Positions 47,486 through 57,937 of a stretch of 64,000 nucleotides of DNA are shown in pieces. The notes beneath the pieces are model-generated. The model saw only the letters and a program-made list of their open reading frames with translations, searched no databases and was not told where the DNA came from. Source of the stretch: Alistipes sp. (GTDB lineage Bacteria; Bacteroidota; Bacteroidia; Bacteroidales; Rikenellaceae); assembly GCA_022511345.1 (NCBI GenBank), contig JAFLRR010000009.1:15442-79441 (forward strand), given 5' to 3'. Both the position numbers and the translations under genes were made by a program. Every line of letters begins with the position of its first letter. Positions within the stretch are counted from its first letter, which is position 1.

Positions 47486-48016
47486 TCAGTTGTTGTCGTT
47501 GTTATCGGGGAACACCGGCGCCTCACGCTTGGTGAACGCAGCGATGAACAATCCGTAGAACGCGCCGCGCAGAGCTGCTCCCAGAACATTGGTCAGCACG
47601 ACCCACAAGGGCGAGAAGAAGAGCTTCTCGTACATGCCGCTAAGGCCGCGGAGCATGTCGTCGGAGTAGATGCCCGTCTGGGCGACCACGGACAAACTGC
47701 GGCTCACCAGCTCGCGGTATTTCTCGGGAAAGAGGAAGTTGGAGGCCACGACCGAGTAGGCTCCCAGCAGAATGCCGGCGAATACCGACACGAAGAAGAT
47801 GTATTTCCAGCACTGTCCGTAGGAGTAGCCTTCGGCGCCGTAGAGAGCCACGCGGCGCTTGGTGAACATGACCAGAAGCGTCACAATGACGACTATATGC
47901 ACAAGCGACAACAGCCCGGACGGCTTCCAGGTGTTGAGAAGCTGAAATGCGGCATCAGCAAGGCCGAGGTATGCGCCGTAACGTGCGGCGTCCTCCCAGA
48001 ATTTAGTCTTTACCAT
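47486..48016 (-). CDS. DUF4199-like membrane protein
   Basis: Four-TM pattern with YGQCWKYIFFVSVFAG and C-terminal IAAFTKRE. Conserved position next to a GT2 gene. Start at ATG 48016. Confidence 0.75.
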   Translation of the reverse strand: MVKTKFWEDAARYGAYLGLADAAFQLLNTWKPSGLLSLVHIVVIVTLLVMFTKRRVALYGAEGYSYGQCWKYIFFVSVFAGILLGAYSVVASNFLFPEKYRELVSRSLSVVAQTGIYSDDMLRGLSGMYEKLFFSPLWVVLTNVLGAALRGAFYGLFIAAFTKREAPVFPDNNDNN

Positions 48017-48257
48017 AAATATTCCAAAATTTATAAATTTCACTCGTTTACGCCTGCGGCACCCGCCTCAAGCCTGCCCGCAGCTGCCTGCGGCCGGTTC
48101 GAAATGCGGCAAACCGCGCTCCGAATTGATGCGCGCGGCGGGTGCGCACGAACACAATCGTACAAAGATAGTGAAAATTTCATTTATGCTATGCCGGCGT
48201 TTTTATTTAAGGTATTAAATAAGTATATTTGCACTCCGAACAAAGAAACTAATCGAT

Positions 48258-49586
48258 ATGTTTGAAAATCTTACCGACAAATTAGAACGGTCGTTCAAAA
48301 TACTCAAGGGCGAGGGCCGCATAACCGAAATCAATGTGGCCGAGACCCTCAAGGAGATTCGCCGTGCGTTAATCGATGCCGACGTCAACTACAAGGTGGC
48401 CAAGTCGTTCACCGACGAAGTGAAGGCCAAGGCGCTGGGTCAGAACGTGCTGACGGCCGTAAAGCCCGGTCAGATGATGACCAAGATAGTACGCGACGAA
48501 CTGGCGGCCCTCATGGGCGGCACGGCCTCGGACATAAAACTCGAGGGTACGCCCGCGGTGATTCTGGTGGCCGGTCTGCAGGGCTCGGGAAAGACCACCT
48601 TCTCGGGCAAGCTCGCCTCGTACATCAAGAGCAAAAAGGGCCGAAAGGTGCTGCTGGTGGCCGGCGACGTATATCGCCCGGCGGCTATCGACCAGCTCAA
48701 GGTGCTGGCTTCGCAGATAGGCGTGGACGTCTACACCGAGGACGGCAACATGAACCCCGTGGCCATAGCCGAAAACGCCATAAAGCATGCGCGCCAGCAA
48801 TTCTACAACGTGGTCATCGTCGACACCGCCGGCCGTCTGGCTGTAGATGAGGCGATGATGCAGGAGATTACGGCGATAAAGGCTGCCGTGAACCCCTCGG
48901 AGACTCTGTTCGTGGTCGACGCCATGACGGGCCAGGATGCGGTCAACACCGCCCGCGAGTTCGACCAGAGACTCGACTTCGACGGCGTGGTGCTCACAAA
49001 GCTCGACGGCGATACGCGCGGCGGTGCCGCCATATCGATACGGTCGGTGGTAAACAAGCCGCTCAAGTTCATATCGAACGGCGAAAAGATGGATGCCCTG
49101 CAGGTGTTCCACCCCGAACGAATGGCCGACCGAATCCTGGGCATGGGCGATGTCGTGTCGCTGGTGGAGCGCGCGCAGGAGCAGTTCGACGAGGAGGAGG
49201 CGCGCCGCCTGAAGAAGAAGATTGCAAAGAACAAATTCGACTTCAACGACTTCATATCGCAGATAAACCAGATAAAGAAGATGGGCAATCTGAAGGATCT
49301 GGCCTCGATGATTCCCGGAATGGGCAAGATGCTCAAGAATGTGGACATACCCGACGACGTGTTCAAGCAGGCCGAGGCAATCATAGGCTCCATGACGCCC
49401 GCCGAGAGAGAGAATCCCGACATACTGAATGCCCGCCGCCGAGAGAGGATTGCCAAGGGAAGCGGCACGACGATGGCCGACGTGAACCGTCTGCTGAAGC
49501 AGTTCGAGGATACGCGAAAGATGATGAAGATGGTTGCCGGCGGCAACATGAAGATGCCCCGCGGCGGCATGCCTTTCCGCCGCTAA
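48258..49586 (+). CDS. ffh: Signal recognition particle protein
   Basis: GLQGSGKTT, DVYRPAAIDQL, DTAGRL, TKLDGDTRGGAA, M domain with RRERIAKGSG. Confidence 0.98.
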   Translation: MFENLTDKLERSFKILKGEGRITEINVAETLKEIRRALIDADVNYKVAKSFTDEVKAKALGQNVLTAVKPGQMMTKIVRDELAALMGGTASDIKLEGTPAVILVAGLQGSGKTTFSGKLASYIKSKKGRKVLLVAGDVYRPAAIDQLKVLASQIGVDVYTEDGNMNPVAIAENAIKHARQQFYNVVIVDTAGRLAVDEAMMQEITAIKAAVNPSETLFVVDAMTGQDAVNTAREFDQRLDFDGVVLTKLDGDTRGGAAISIRSVVNKPLKFISNGEKMDALQVFHPERMADRILGMGDVVSLVERAQEQFDEEEARRLKKKIAKNKFDFNDFISQINQIKKMGNLKDLASMIPGMGKMLKNVDIPDDVFKQAEAIIGSMTPAERENPDILNARRRERIAKGSGTTMADVNRLLKQFEDTRKMMKMVAGGNMKMPRGGMPFRR

Positions 49587-49611
49587 GGAGCGCATAACAA
49601 GCGTCTGAACA

Positions 49612-50496
49612 ATGCACAAGGCCGGATTCGTAAATATCATAGGCAACCCCAACGTCGGAAAATCGACGCTCATGAATGCCCTGGTGGGCGAGCGGCTCTC
49701 GATAATCACTTCGAAAGCTCAGACCACCCGCCACAGAATAACGGGAATAGTCAACGGCGAGGATTTTCAGATAGTATACTCCGACACGCCCGGAATACTC
49801 AAGCCCGGATACAAGCTCCAGGAGTCGATGATGAAGTTCGTGCGCGGCGCGCTGACCGACGCCGACGTGATACTCTACGTCACCGACACGGTCGAGAAGA
49901 ACGAGGAGCGAAGCGCCGGAATCGTGGAGCGCATACGCCGCAGCGGCATACCCACCGTGGCTGTAATCAACAAGATAGACCTGACAACGCAGCAGGAGCT
50001 GGAGGCTCTGGTCGACAAGTGGCGCGCCGAGCTGCCCGAGGCGGTCATACTGCCCGTGTCGGCCAAGGAGAAATTCAACCTCGAGACGCTGGTGCGGCTG
50101 ATAGTCGAGCGGCTGCCCGAAGGCGAGCCCTACTACCCAAAGGATACGCTGACGGACAAGACGCTGCGATTCTTCGCATCGGAGATAATACGCGAAAAGA
50201 TACTGCTCAACTACGACAAGGAGATACCCTACTGCTGCGAGATTGCCGTGGAGACCTACAAGGAGGAGCCGACAATAGACCGCATAGCGGCAACGATATA
50301 TGTCTCGCGCGACTCGCAGAAGGGAATACTCATAGGACGCAAGGGCGAACGGCTCAAACGCACCGGAACGCAGGCGCGCGAAGAGCTCGAGCGGTTCCTC
50401 GGCAAGAAGGTATTCCTGCAGCTATTCGTCAAGGTGAGCGACGACTGGCGCAACGACGAGAAGCAGCTGCGCAGATTCGGGTACGAGCAGGACTAA
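49612..50496 (+). CDS. era: GTPase Era
   Basis: GNPNVGKSTL, QTTR, DTPG, NKID, EIIREK, KH domain GILIGRKG. Confidence 0.98.
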   Translation: MHKAGFVNIIGNPNVGKSTLMNALVGERLSIITSKAQTTRHRITGIVNGEDFQIVYSDTPGILKPGYKLQESMMKFVRGALTDADVILYVTDTVEKNEERSAGIVERIRRSGIPTVAVINKIDLTTQQELEALVDKWRAELPEAVILPVSAKEKFNLETLVRLIVERLPEGEPYYPKDTLTDKTLRFFASEIIREKILLNYDKEIPYCCEIAVETYKEEPTIDRIAATIYVSRDSQKGILIGRKGERLKRTGTQAREELERFLGKKVFLQLFVKVSDDWRNDEKQLRRFGYEQD

Positions 50497-50540
50497 CCGA
50501 CCGCACAATGCAATAAAAGAGGTCTGGCCACGTTAATGCA

Positions 50541-52565
50541 ATGAAAAGAGGGATTCGGATGAGGAGATTTGTACTGCCCATAATCACGCTGGCGGCAATG
50601 TTGTGCAGCCTGTCGGTGCAGGCGCAGCACAACCGGGAGTACTACTTCTGGATGGGCCGCTCGCTGATGATGCGCAGCGACTACCGCGAGGCAATCCGAA
50701 CGCTGAACACTCTGCTGCGCGTGGACGAAGATGCCTATGAAGCATATTTTCTGCGCGGCATAGCCAAGTACAACCTCGACGATCTGATAGGCGCCGAAGC
50801 CGATTTCTCGACGGCCATAGAGCAGAATCCGGTATTCACCAACGCATATACCTACCGCGCCATAACGCGCTCGCGTCTGGGCAACTACGACGACGCCCTC
50901 GGCGACTTCCGCGAGGCCATAGAGCTGCGGCCCGACCGTCCGGGGCCGTACTACAGCCGCGGCGTGACACGCCTGCTGAACCGTCAGTTCGACGAGGCCA
51001 TAGAGGACTTCAACACATTCATTCTCTACGAGAAGAAGGTATCGGAGGCATATCTCAACCGGGGAATATGCTATCTCTATCTCAAAGATACGCTGCAGGC
51101 ATACGAAAACTTCGACACGGCCATACGTACCAACCGCGAGAATCCCGACGGATACAACCGCCGAGGCTCGCTTCTGATGGAGCAGAAGCGTTACGCCGAG
51201 GCCGAGGCCGACTTCGACAAGGCCGTGTCCTGCGACTCGACCTATGTGGTATCGTTCTTCAACCGCGCACTGGTCTACTCCGACACCAACCGCCCGATGA
51301 AGGCTTTGGGCGACTTCGACCGCGTGCTGTCGATAGACTCGACAAATGCCATAACATACTTCAACCGCGCCATAGTGCGTGCGCAGATAGGCGACTATCA
51401 CCACTCGCTCGAGGATTTCGACCGGCTGGCAGATTATGTGCCCGACAATGTGCTGGTATTCTACAACCGCGCCAACGTTCACGCTCAGCTGGGAAATGCC
51501 CAGCAGGCCGTGGCCGACTACTCGCGCGCCATAGAGCTCTATCCCGACTTTGCAAACGCATACATAAACCGCAGTTTCATGCGTGCGGCGCTAAACGACA
51601 TGCGCGGCGCCCGCAGCGACCGCACCGTGGCCGACAAAAAAATCGCCGCCTACAAAGCGCGTCTGAAGAGCGACAGCACCTACTCGATTTATGCCGACAC
51701 GGCCCAGCGCTTCGACCGTCTGCTGTCGTTCGACAGCAAATTCTCGGGCGCCGTCAAGCTCGACCGTCTGGCCCGCGGCGAGACCGGAGGACGCGAACCG
51801 GCCCTGCTGCCAATGTTCGGATTCACGCTCATGAAGCCCGACACGGCCGCCGTGGCCACACAGACATATGCATACCGCTCGCAGCGCGCCGACGACTTCA
51901 TAGGCCGCGTGGGCAATCCGCTGCTGACGATAACGGCCGAACGCAGCAACATCGACACCGACTCGCTGCCGTCGGTGGACCGCGCCGTGGCTGAACGCAT
52001 CAAGCGCGGCGACACGGAGTGGACGACGCTCTTCGAGCGAGGCGTGACGCAGGCGCTAATCAAGCAGTACACCAGCTCAGTGACCAGCTACACATCGGCC
52101 ATCGATGCCAACCCAGCCAATCCGTTCCTGTACATGAACCGCGCGACCACGCGCGCCGAGATGATAGACTTCATATCGTCGATAGACAACAGCTACCGCC
52201 GCATAAGCATCGACTCCGACCCTGCAAACCGCCTGGACGGAGGACACCGCCGCACATACGACTACGAGGAGGCGATAGAGGATATGAACAAGGCCATAAA
52301 GCTGTATGCCGACTATCCCTACTTCTGGTACAACCGCGCCAACCTCCAGGCGCTCTCGGGACGTCTGCCTGAGGCATTCGCCGACTACTCGCGCGCCATA
52401 GAGCTCAACCCCTCGTTCGCCGAGGCATACTACAACCGCGGTCTGGTGCAGATATTCATGAAGGACACCCGCAAGGGAATACTCGACATATCGAAGGCCG
52501 GCGAGCTGGGCATAGAGAGAGCTTACGAGGTGCTGAAAAACTACTCGCAGATAAAGCACGAGTGA
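50541..52565 (+). CDS. Secreted multi-TPR protein
   Basis: Signal peptide and many 34-aa repeats such as AYFLRGIAKYNLDDLIGAEADFSTAIEQNP. Confidence 0.92.
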   Translation: MKRGIRMRRFVLPIITLAAMLCSLSVQAQHNREYYFWMGRSLMMRSDYREAIRTLNTLLRVDEDAYEAYFLRGIAKYNLDDLIGAEADFSTAIEQNPVFTNAYTYRAITRSRLGNYDDALGDFREAIELRPDRPGPYYSRGVTRLLNRQFDEAIEDFNTFILYEKKVSEAYLNRGICYLYLKDTLQAYENFDTAIRTNRENPDGYNRRGSLLMEQKRYAEAEADFDKAVSCDSTYVVSFFNRALVYSDTNRPMKALGDFDRVLSIDSTNAITYFNRAIVRAQIGDYHHSLEDFDRLADYVPDNVLVFYNRANVHAQLGNAQQAVADYSRAIELYPDFANAYINRSFMRAALNDMRGARSDRTVADKKIAAYKARLKSDSTYSIYADTAQRFDRLLSFDSKFSGAVKLDRLARGETGGREPALLPMFGFTLMKPDTAAVATQTYAYRSQRADDFIGRVGNPLLTITAERSNIDTDSLPSVDRAVAERIKRGDTEWTTLFERGVTQALIKQYTSSVTSYTSAIDANPANPFLYMNRATTRAEMIDFISSIDNSYRRISIDSDPANRLDGGHRRTYDYEEAIEDMNKAIKLYADYPYFWYNRANLQALSGRLPEAFADYSRAIELNPSFAEAYYNRGLVQIFMKDTRKGILDISKAGELGIERAYEVLKNYSQIKHE

Positions 52566-52600
52566 CGAAACGAAAAACAAACTTAAAAAAACGATAAAAG

Positions 52601-54007
52601 ATGACAGAAGTATTACAGAAAAAACTGAACGACTCGGCAGCCGTGAGATGGACGGCGCTGATTCTCATCGCGCTGACGATGTTCTTCGGCTACATGTTCG
52701 TCGATCTCATGTCGCCGCTGCAGAGCCTCATCGAGGTCGAGCGCGACTGGACACCCGACGTGTTCGGAAAATACGGCTCGTCGGAGTTTATACTCAACGT
52801 CTGGGGATTCCTCATTCTGGCGGGCATAATACTCGACAAGATGGGCGTGCGATTCACCGGAATGCTCTCCGCATCGCTCATGTTGGCCGGCGCCTGCATC
52901 AAGTACTACGGCATCAGCAGCAGTATGATAGGCTCGGGTCTGGACCAGTGGCTCAACTCGTGGTGGACGACCATGCCGTCGAGCGCCAAGCTGGCTTGCC
53001 TGGGATTCATGATATTCGGCTGCGGAATGGAGATGGCCGGAATCACCGTCTCGAAGGCTATAGCCAAATGGTTCAAGGGCAAGGAGATGGCTCTGGCAAT
53101 GGGCCTTGAGATGGCCATAGCCCGCGTGGGCGTGTTCGCCGTATTCTCGCTCTCGCCCTGGCTGGCCAACCTCGGCACGCCGACCGTAGTGCGTCCGGTG
53201 GCATTCTGCACGCTGCTGCTGCTCATCGGATGGGTTACGTTCGCCGTATTCTGCATCCTCGACCGCAAGCTCGACAGACAGCTCGGCGACATCAAGGACG
53301 AAGGTCCTTCGGAGGAGTTCAAGGCCAGCGACATAGGCAAGATTTTCAGCAGCAAGGTGTTCTGGATAGTGGCTGCGCTGTGCGTGCTCTACTACTCGGC
53401 AATCTTCCCCTTCCAGCGCTTTGCGACCAACATGCTCGAGAGCAATCTGGGCGTATCGGCAGCTACGGCGGCCAACATATTCCGCTGGTTCCCCATGGGT
53501 GCCGCGGCAATCACTCCCCTGCTCGGCAACTTCCTCGACCGCAGAGGCAAGGGCGCGACGATGCTCATATTCGGCGCACTGCTGATGATTGTCTGCCACA
53601 TGACCTTCGCGCTGGTGCTGCCCGTATGCAAGAGCACCGCGCTGGCATATCTGGCAATCGTGATTCTCGGCATATCGTTCTCGCTGGTGCCCGCGGCGCT
53701 GTGGCCCTCGGTTCCCAAAATCGTCGAGGAGCGCTACCTGGGTTCGGCCTACTCGCTCATATTCTGGATTCAGAACATAGGCCTCTGTCTCTTCCCGCTC
53801 ATCATAGGCCTTGCGCTGACCGCATGCAACCCCGGTGTTGCCGAGGCTATCAGGGCCGGCGAGGAGGGTGTGGCATACAACTACACCGTTCCGATGCTTA
53901 TATTCTCGGCTTGCGGCGGCGCAGCGCTGCTGTTCGGTCTGTGGCTGAAGCACGAGGACAAAGTCCACGGCTACGGCCTCGAGGAACCCAACATCAAGCA
54001 GGAGTAA
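52601..54007 (+). CDS. MFS transporter
   Basis: About 12 TM segments, GIILDKMGVRF, KAIAKWFKGKEMALAMG, GNFLDRRG. Confidence 0.9.
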   Translation: MTEVLQKKLNDSAAVRWTALILIALTMFFGYMFVDLMSPLQSLIEVERDWTPDVFGKYGSSEFILNVWGFLILAGIILDKMGVRFTGMLSASLMLAGACIKYYGISSSMIGSGLDQWLNSWWTTMPSSAKLACLGFMIFGCGMEMAGITVSKAIAKWFKGKEMALAMGLEMAIARVGVFAVFSLSPWLANLGTPTVVRPVAFCTLLLLIGWVTFAVFCILDRKLDRQLGDIKDEGPSEEFKASDIGKIFSSKVFWIVAALCVLYYSAIFPFQRFATNMLESNLGVSAATAANIFRWFPMGAAAITPLLGNFLDRRGKGATMLIFGALLMIVCHMTFALVLPVCKSTALAYLAIVILGISFSLVPAALWPSVPKIVEERYLGSAYSLIFWIQNIGLCLFPLIIGLALTACNPGVAEAIRAGEEGVAYNYTVPMLIFSACGGAALLFGLWLKHEDKVHGYGLEEPNIKQE

Positions 54008-54025
54008 AAAGAAGTGCATACATAC

Positions 54026-54064
54026 GGCAGCGCCTCCGCCCGAAAGCGGAGGCGCTGTCTTTTT
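54026..54064. terminator. Bidirectional terminator
   Basis: GGCAGCGCCTCCGC/GCGGAGGCGCTGTC stem followed by T5. Confidence 0.85.
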
Positions 54065-54075
54065 CATGAGGCAGG

Positions 54076-55215
54076 CTAAAGAGTCATGCGGTAGACCTCC
54101 TCGAGGCGGTCGCACATCTCCTCCCACGAAAAACGACGCTTCTCGACGGCGAAATTGCTGCGCAGCATCTCGAGCGTATCGCCCGACCAGAGACGCTCGA
54201 CGGCATCGGCCACAGAATCGGCATCGGGGCGGCATACTATGCCTGAACGGCCGTCGGGCACTATCTCGGGAAGACCGCCGACATCGGTGACAATCATCGG
54301 CAGGTCGAATTTGTAGGCTATCTGCGTCACGCCGCTCTGCGTGGCCGTACGGTAAGGCAGAGCGAGGGCATCGGCCGCCGAGAAGAACCAGCGCACCTCA
54401 CCGTCGGGGATGAAGCGGTCGCAGAGGATGACCTCGTCCTGCAGGCCGTTGTCGGCGATGAGCTTAAGGTAGGGCTCCTTGGGGATGTAGAACTCGCCGG
54501 CAACGAGCAGACGGCGCGAGGGGGCGATGCGGCCCTCGCGGCGCAGGCGGGCCCACGCCTCGATGAGCATGTCGAGGCCCTTGTATTCGCGAATCAGTCC
54601 GAAGAAGAGCAAGTAGCTGCACGCAGGGTCGAGGCCCAGCATGCGGCACGCCTCGCTGCGGTCGGCCGGTTCGCCGAAATTCTCGAACATGGGATGCGGC
54701 GAGAATATCGACGGTGCCGAAGTGTAGGCTGCCAACTCGCGGCCCACCTGCCCGGACATGTAGACGAAGCCGTCGACAGAAGAGAGGTAGTAGCGGTTGA
54801 ACATGCGGTCGAAGAAGTGGTGCTCGTGCGGCTCGACATTGTCTATCTGGCAGATTACGCGCGTGTGGCCGTTGCCGCGGGCGATGCGGGCGATGGTGCC
54901 GAAGCAGGGCGCCATGAATGGAGTCCAGTACTTCATGAGGATGATGTCGGGACACGCTCGGCGCAACTGACGGCCTACGGAAATCCAGTTGAAGGGATTA
55001 ACCGTATCGACGCGGCGCTCGATTCGCAAATCGCCCGGAGGCGGCGTGTCGACCGTCTGGCTCTTTCCCGGAAAGAGAAATTCGGGATACTGACGCGAGA
55101 AAGTCAGCATGTCGACCTGGTGGCCGCGCCGGCTGTAGGTGCGCGCCATGGTCTCCATAATCGAGGCCAGACCACCGCGGTAAGGGTGTGCAGGGCCGAG
55201 AAGAGTGATTTTCAT
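54076..55215 (-). CDS. Glycosyltransferase family 4
   Basis: GPAHPYRGGL, LLFFGLIREYKGLD, LPYRTATQSGV, VTDVGGLPEIV. Confidence 0.93.
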   Translation of the reverse strand: MKITLLGPAHPYRGGLASIMETMARTYSRRGHQVDMLTFSRQYPEFLFPGKSQTVDTPPPGDLRIERRVDTVNPFNWISVGRQLRRACPDIILMKYWTPFMAPCFGTIARIARGNGHTRVICQIDNVEPHEHHFFDRMFNRYYLSSVDGFVYMSGQVGRELAAYTSAPSIFSPHPMFENFGEPADRSEACRMLGLDPACSYLLFFGLIREYKGLDMLIEAWARLRREGRIAPSRRLLVAGEFYIPKEPYLKLIADNGLQDEVILCDRFIPDGEVRWFFSAADALALPYRTATQSGVTQIAYKFDLPMIVTDVGGLPEIVPDGRSGIVCRPDADSVADAVERLWSGDTLEMLRSNFAVEKRRFSWEEMCDRLEEVYRMTL

Positions 55216-55317
55216 AATTCAAATATACGAATTTTCCCGCGACAATCAGCCTTGCGGCCCACGAAAAAAAAGCCGGCACGAGGCCGGCTCAACACAACAG
55301 ATATGCTCAGCGGAGGA

Positions 55318-55881
55318 TTACTCGCCCTCCTTTTCGTGCTGTTCGTGTATGCGGTGAAGCTCGCGGGCTGCCTGCCGGCTGCCGGCAACGGACTGCATGG
55401 CCAGGTAGTCGGCGCCGTAATCCTCGAGATTCTTCAGCTCGGTGCGGAAGGTGTCGAGGTGCTGCTCCTCCTCGGCTATCAGGTCCTGGAACATCTTGTG
55501 AGTCACGGCATCGCCGTACTCGGTGGCCAGCCGCGAGGCTTTGTTGTAGCTCTCGATGGTTGAAGCTTCGAGCTCGGCAGCCATACTCAGCATCTCGCGC
55601 GGGTCGGTGACGCGGCGCGTGCGGAACGAGGGGTTCATATCCACGTCGCCCTCGAGGTAGAGTATGCGGTCGGCAAGCTCCTCGATGTGGCGCATCTCGG
55701 CTATCGACGTCTCGCGCATGATGCGCGACAGATAGAGGTAGCGCGAGTCCTCGAAATGGGTGTGGAAGTACATATACTGCAGCGATGTGGCAATCTCCTT
55801 GCCTATGGCATCGTTGAGCAGCTCGACGCTGGCGGCATAGCGCGCGGCGGCCTTTTTCTCTTTGGTTTCGACTCTCTCCAT
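55318..55881 (-). CDS. bfr: Bacterioferritin
   Basis: Ferroxidase ligands (KEIATSLQY, AEMRH, AELE, EEEQH) and the heme-ligand Met in EMRH. ADRILYLEG. Confidence 0.88.
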   Translation of the reverse strand: MERVETKEKKAAARYAASVELLNDAIGKEIATSLQYMYFHTHFEDSRYLYLSRIMRETSIAEMRHIEELADRILYLEGDVDMNPSFRTRRVTDPREMLSMAAELEASTIESYNKASRLATEYGDAVTHKMFQDLIAEEEQHLDTFRTELKNLEDYGADYLAMQSVAGSRQAARELHRIHEQHEKEGE

Positions 55882-55913
55882 AGCAAAATGTTATTTTTTC
55901 GAGAGAGTGAGCC

Positions 55914-55929
55914 TGCAAATCGCGGGCCG
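55914..55929 (-). promoter_or_regulatory. sigma54-type -24/-12 promoter upstream of bfr
   Basis: Minus strand reads CGGCCCG-CGAT-TTGCA. Confidence 0.5.
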
Positions 55930-55991
55930 CTAATTAACCGATGACGGCGGCGGGCCCGCAAAAGGTCCGCCGCCGTCATTGATAGCCCCGT

Positions 55992-56153
55992 TCAGTCTAC
56001 GGGTTCGAAATCGCTCTTGTCGGCGCCGCACAGAGGACATGCCCAGTCGGCGGGGATATCCTCGAACGGAGTGCCCGGAGCTATGCCGCTCTCGGGGTCG
56101 CCCTCGGCAGGGTCGTAGACCCAGCCGCATGGAATGCAACGGTATTTTTTCAT
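55992..56153 (-). CDS. Rubredoxin (53 aa)
   Basis: [20 protein letters not shown]...[14 protein letters not shown]. Start at ATG 56153. Confidence 0.96.
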   Translation of the reverse strand: MKKYRCIPCGWVYDPAEGDPESGIAPGTPFEDIPADWACPLCGADKSDFEPVD

Positions 56154-56199
56154 AGCAACAACTCTTTGTCGCCCTGCCCCGCTGCAATTAACATACCGT

Positions 56200-56931
56200 T
56201 CAGACGGCAAAACTTATGGCTGCCCGCAGACACTCCGCACCGTCGGCCGAGACGGCGAAGCGCCACTCGCCATCCTGCTCGGCACAGCCGAGCGTGAGCA
56301 TCTGTCCGTAGCGCGACTCGCGCAGGAAGTTGACGTCGAAACGCACGCCGCGGTCCGAAGCGACCAAATCGACGGGCAGCATGTCGAGCATCAGCTCGAT
56401 ATAGCGCATGGTGTTCATGTGTCGGTTGAAGTCGATGTCGCTGTAGGCCACACGGTGCTCGGATGTCAGAGCCGCATCGCCCAGCGGGCCGATTTTGCGC
56501 GGGCGCTCCGCCGGGGGCGGCGCATCGACAATCCACTGTGCGTGCATGCCGGCCGTGGAGGTCATGTCGACAGCCGTGCGGGTGGTCAAATCGAGCATGC
56601 ACCACTGCGACACGGCGCGGCCGAAGATGCGGCCGTCGCTGCCGGTGAGGGTGAAGTTGCGTGTCGACATGAGGCGGTTGTAGTCGCTTATCCACGTGGC
56701 GATGACGTAGCTGCCGTACTGCTCGGGGCGGCTGTCGAACTCCATGGCGAAGCGCGACAGCACCCACGAGAGGTTGCTGCGGCCCAGAACATCGACGCCA
56801 AAGCCCTTGGTCTGCGCGTCGGTGCCCGCAATGTTGAGTATGCTGCCGCCCAGCGAGGCGAGGGTTGCGCGGAGCGTGAAGTCGACATCCTGCGGTTCGA
56901 CGCGAATGTCGTAGAGTGTCTTGTCGGCCAT
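56200..56931 (-). CDS. Acyl-ACP thioesterase
   Basis: [38 protein letters not shown]. Start at ATG 56931. Confidence 0.88.
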   Translation of the reverse strand: MADKTLYDIRVEPQDVDFTLRATLASLGGSILNIAGTDAQTKGFGVDVLGRSNLSWVLSRFAMEFDSRPEQYGSYVIATWISDYNRLMSTRNFTLTGSDGRIFGRAVSQWCMLDLTTRTAVDMTSTAGMHAQWIVDAPPPAERPRKIGPLGDAALTSEHRVAYSDIDFNRHMNTMRYIELMLDMLPVDLVASDRGVRFDVNFLRESRYGQMLTLGCAEQDGEWRFAVSADGAECLRAAISFAV

Positions 56932-57109
56932 AGGCTTCAAAAAAATAGATATGCGGATACAAAAATAATCATTTTCAGGACAAATCGAAATCCCGGCCGA
57001 TGCGTGGCAGCACATCGGGGAAAGATCGAATAATATCGTTTTTCGATAAAAAATATTTGTTTTTCGGAAATTTGTTTTTATATTTGCAGACAGCAAACAC
57101 AACATCATC

Positions 57110-57826
57110 ATGGATAAAAAAGACAAGCAATCGCTCAACCGCAGACTTCTGCTGATATATGTCTGCTACTTCGTGGTCATAGGATTGGGGTTCTTTCTCA
57201 GCTACATGCCCGTATTCTCGCGCGGATTCGCCGCAGGGATGGACGCCGCCCAGCAGGAGATAGAGTCGTCGAGCCATGGAATCGAAAAGCGATGGTATCT
57301 CTTCTCGGTACACCCCTCTCTATTCTCGGAACACAGCATCGCCATAGACTCGCGCTACGAGAACATCGGAATAGAGCTCAGCGGATACGACGCATTGGCA
57401 GCGGTGACCGTCAGCAGCACCGACCCGGACAACGACCCGGCATTCGCAATGGTCTCGCGCAACTACACCAAGACCATGTTCATCTCGATGGGCATATCGC
57501 TCTCGTGGCTGGCGATTCTCATACTCATAGGAGTCATTATCAACTCGCTGCGGCGCAGCATACGCGACCAGCGCCCGCTGCCCGACAGCAATATACTTTA
57601 CATGCGAATCATCGGAATACTGATAATAGCCAGCGAGCTGCTCAAGGCCTTAGCCTACCACATAGGCCAGCAGACCGTGCAGCAGATAGCAGACCGGACG
57701 ATGTCGTTCATCAACTCCTATCCCATCGAATACGGAAACATAGTGCTGGGTCTGCTGGTGCTCTTCTCGGCCGAGGTATTCGCCATAGGCGTGCGGCTCG
57801 GCGAGGAGCAGAGACTAACGATTTAG
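57110..57826 (+). CDS. DUF2975 family membrane protein
   Basis: TM segments and C-terminal LFSAEVFAIGVRLGEEQRLTI. Typical pairing with a downstream HTH gene. Confidence 0.85.
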   Translation: MDKKDKQSLNRRLLLIYVCYFVVIGLGFFLSYMPVFSRGFAAGMDAAQQEIESSSHGIEKRWYLFSVHPSLFSEHSIAIDSRYENIGIELSGYDALAAVTVSSTDPDNDPAFAMVSRNYTKTMFISMGISLSWLAILILIGVIINSLRRSIRDQRPLPDSNILYMRIIGILIIASELLKALAYHIGQQTVQQIADRTMSFINSYPIEYGNIVLGLLVLFSAEVFAIGVRLGEEQRLTI

Positions 57827-57922
57827 AACACGCCGCCGGCAAGCCCGAGGCGGACCGAAGGCTTGAAAACAGCGGTTGAAAAACGCCAAGATTATGAAAC
57901 ACTATATGATACATATACCCGA

Positions 57923-57931
57923 GGGGGGGGG
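57923..57931 (+). repeat. G9 homopolymer 6 nt upstream of the HTH start codon
   Basis: CCCGA-GGGGGGGGG-TAAGCG-ATG. Confidence 0.9.
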
Positions 57932-57937
57932 TAAGCG

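Noticed and set aside
48080-48130. GGTTCGAAAT as a tRNA T-loop or SRP RNA next to ffh
   Set aside because: No cloverleaf and no SRP domain IV motif can be built around it.
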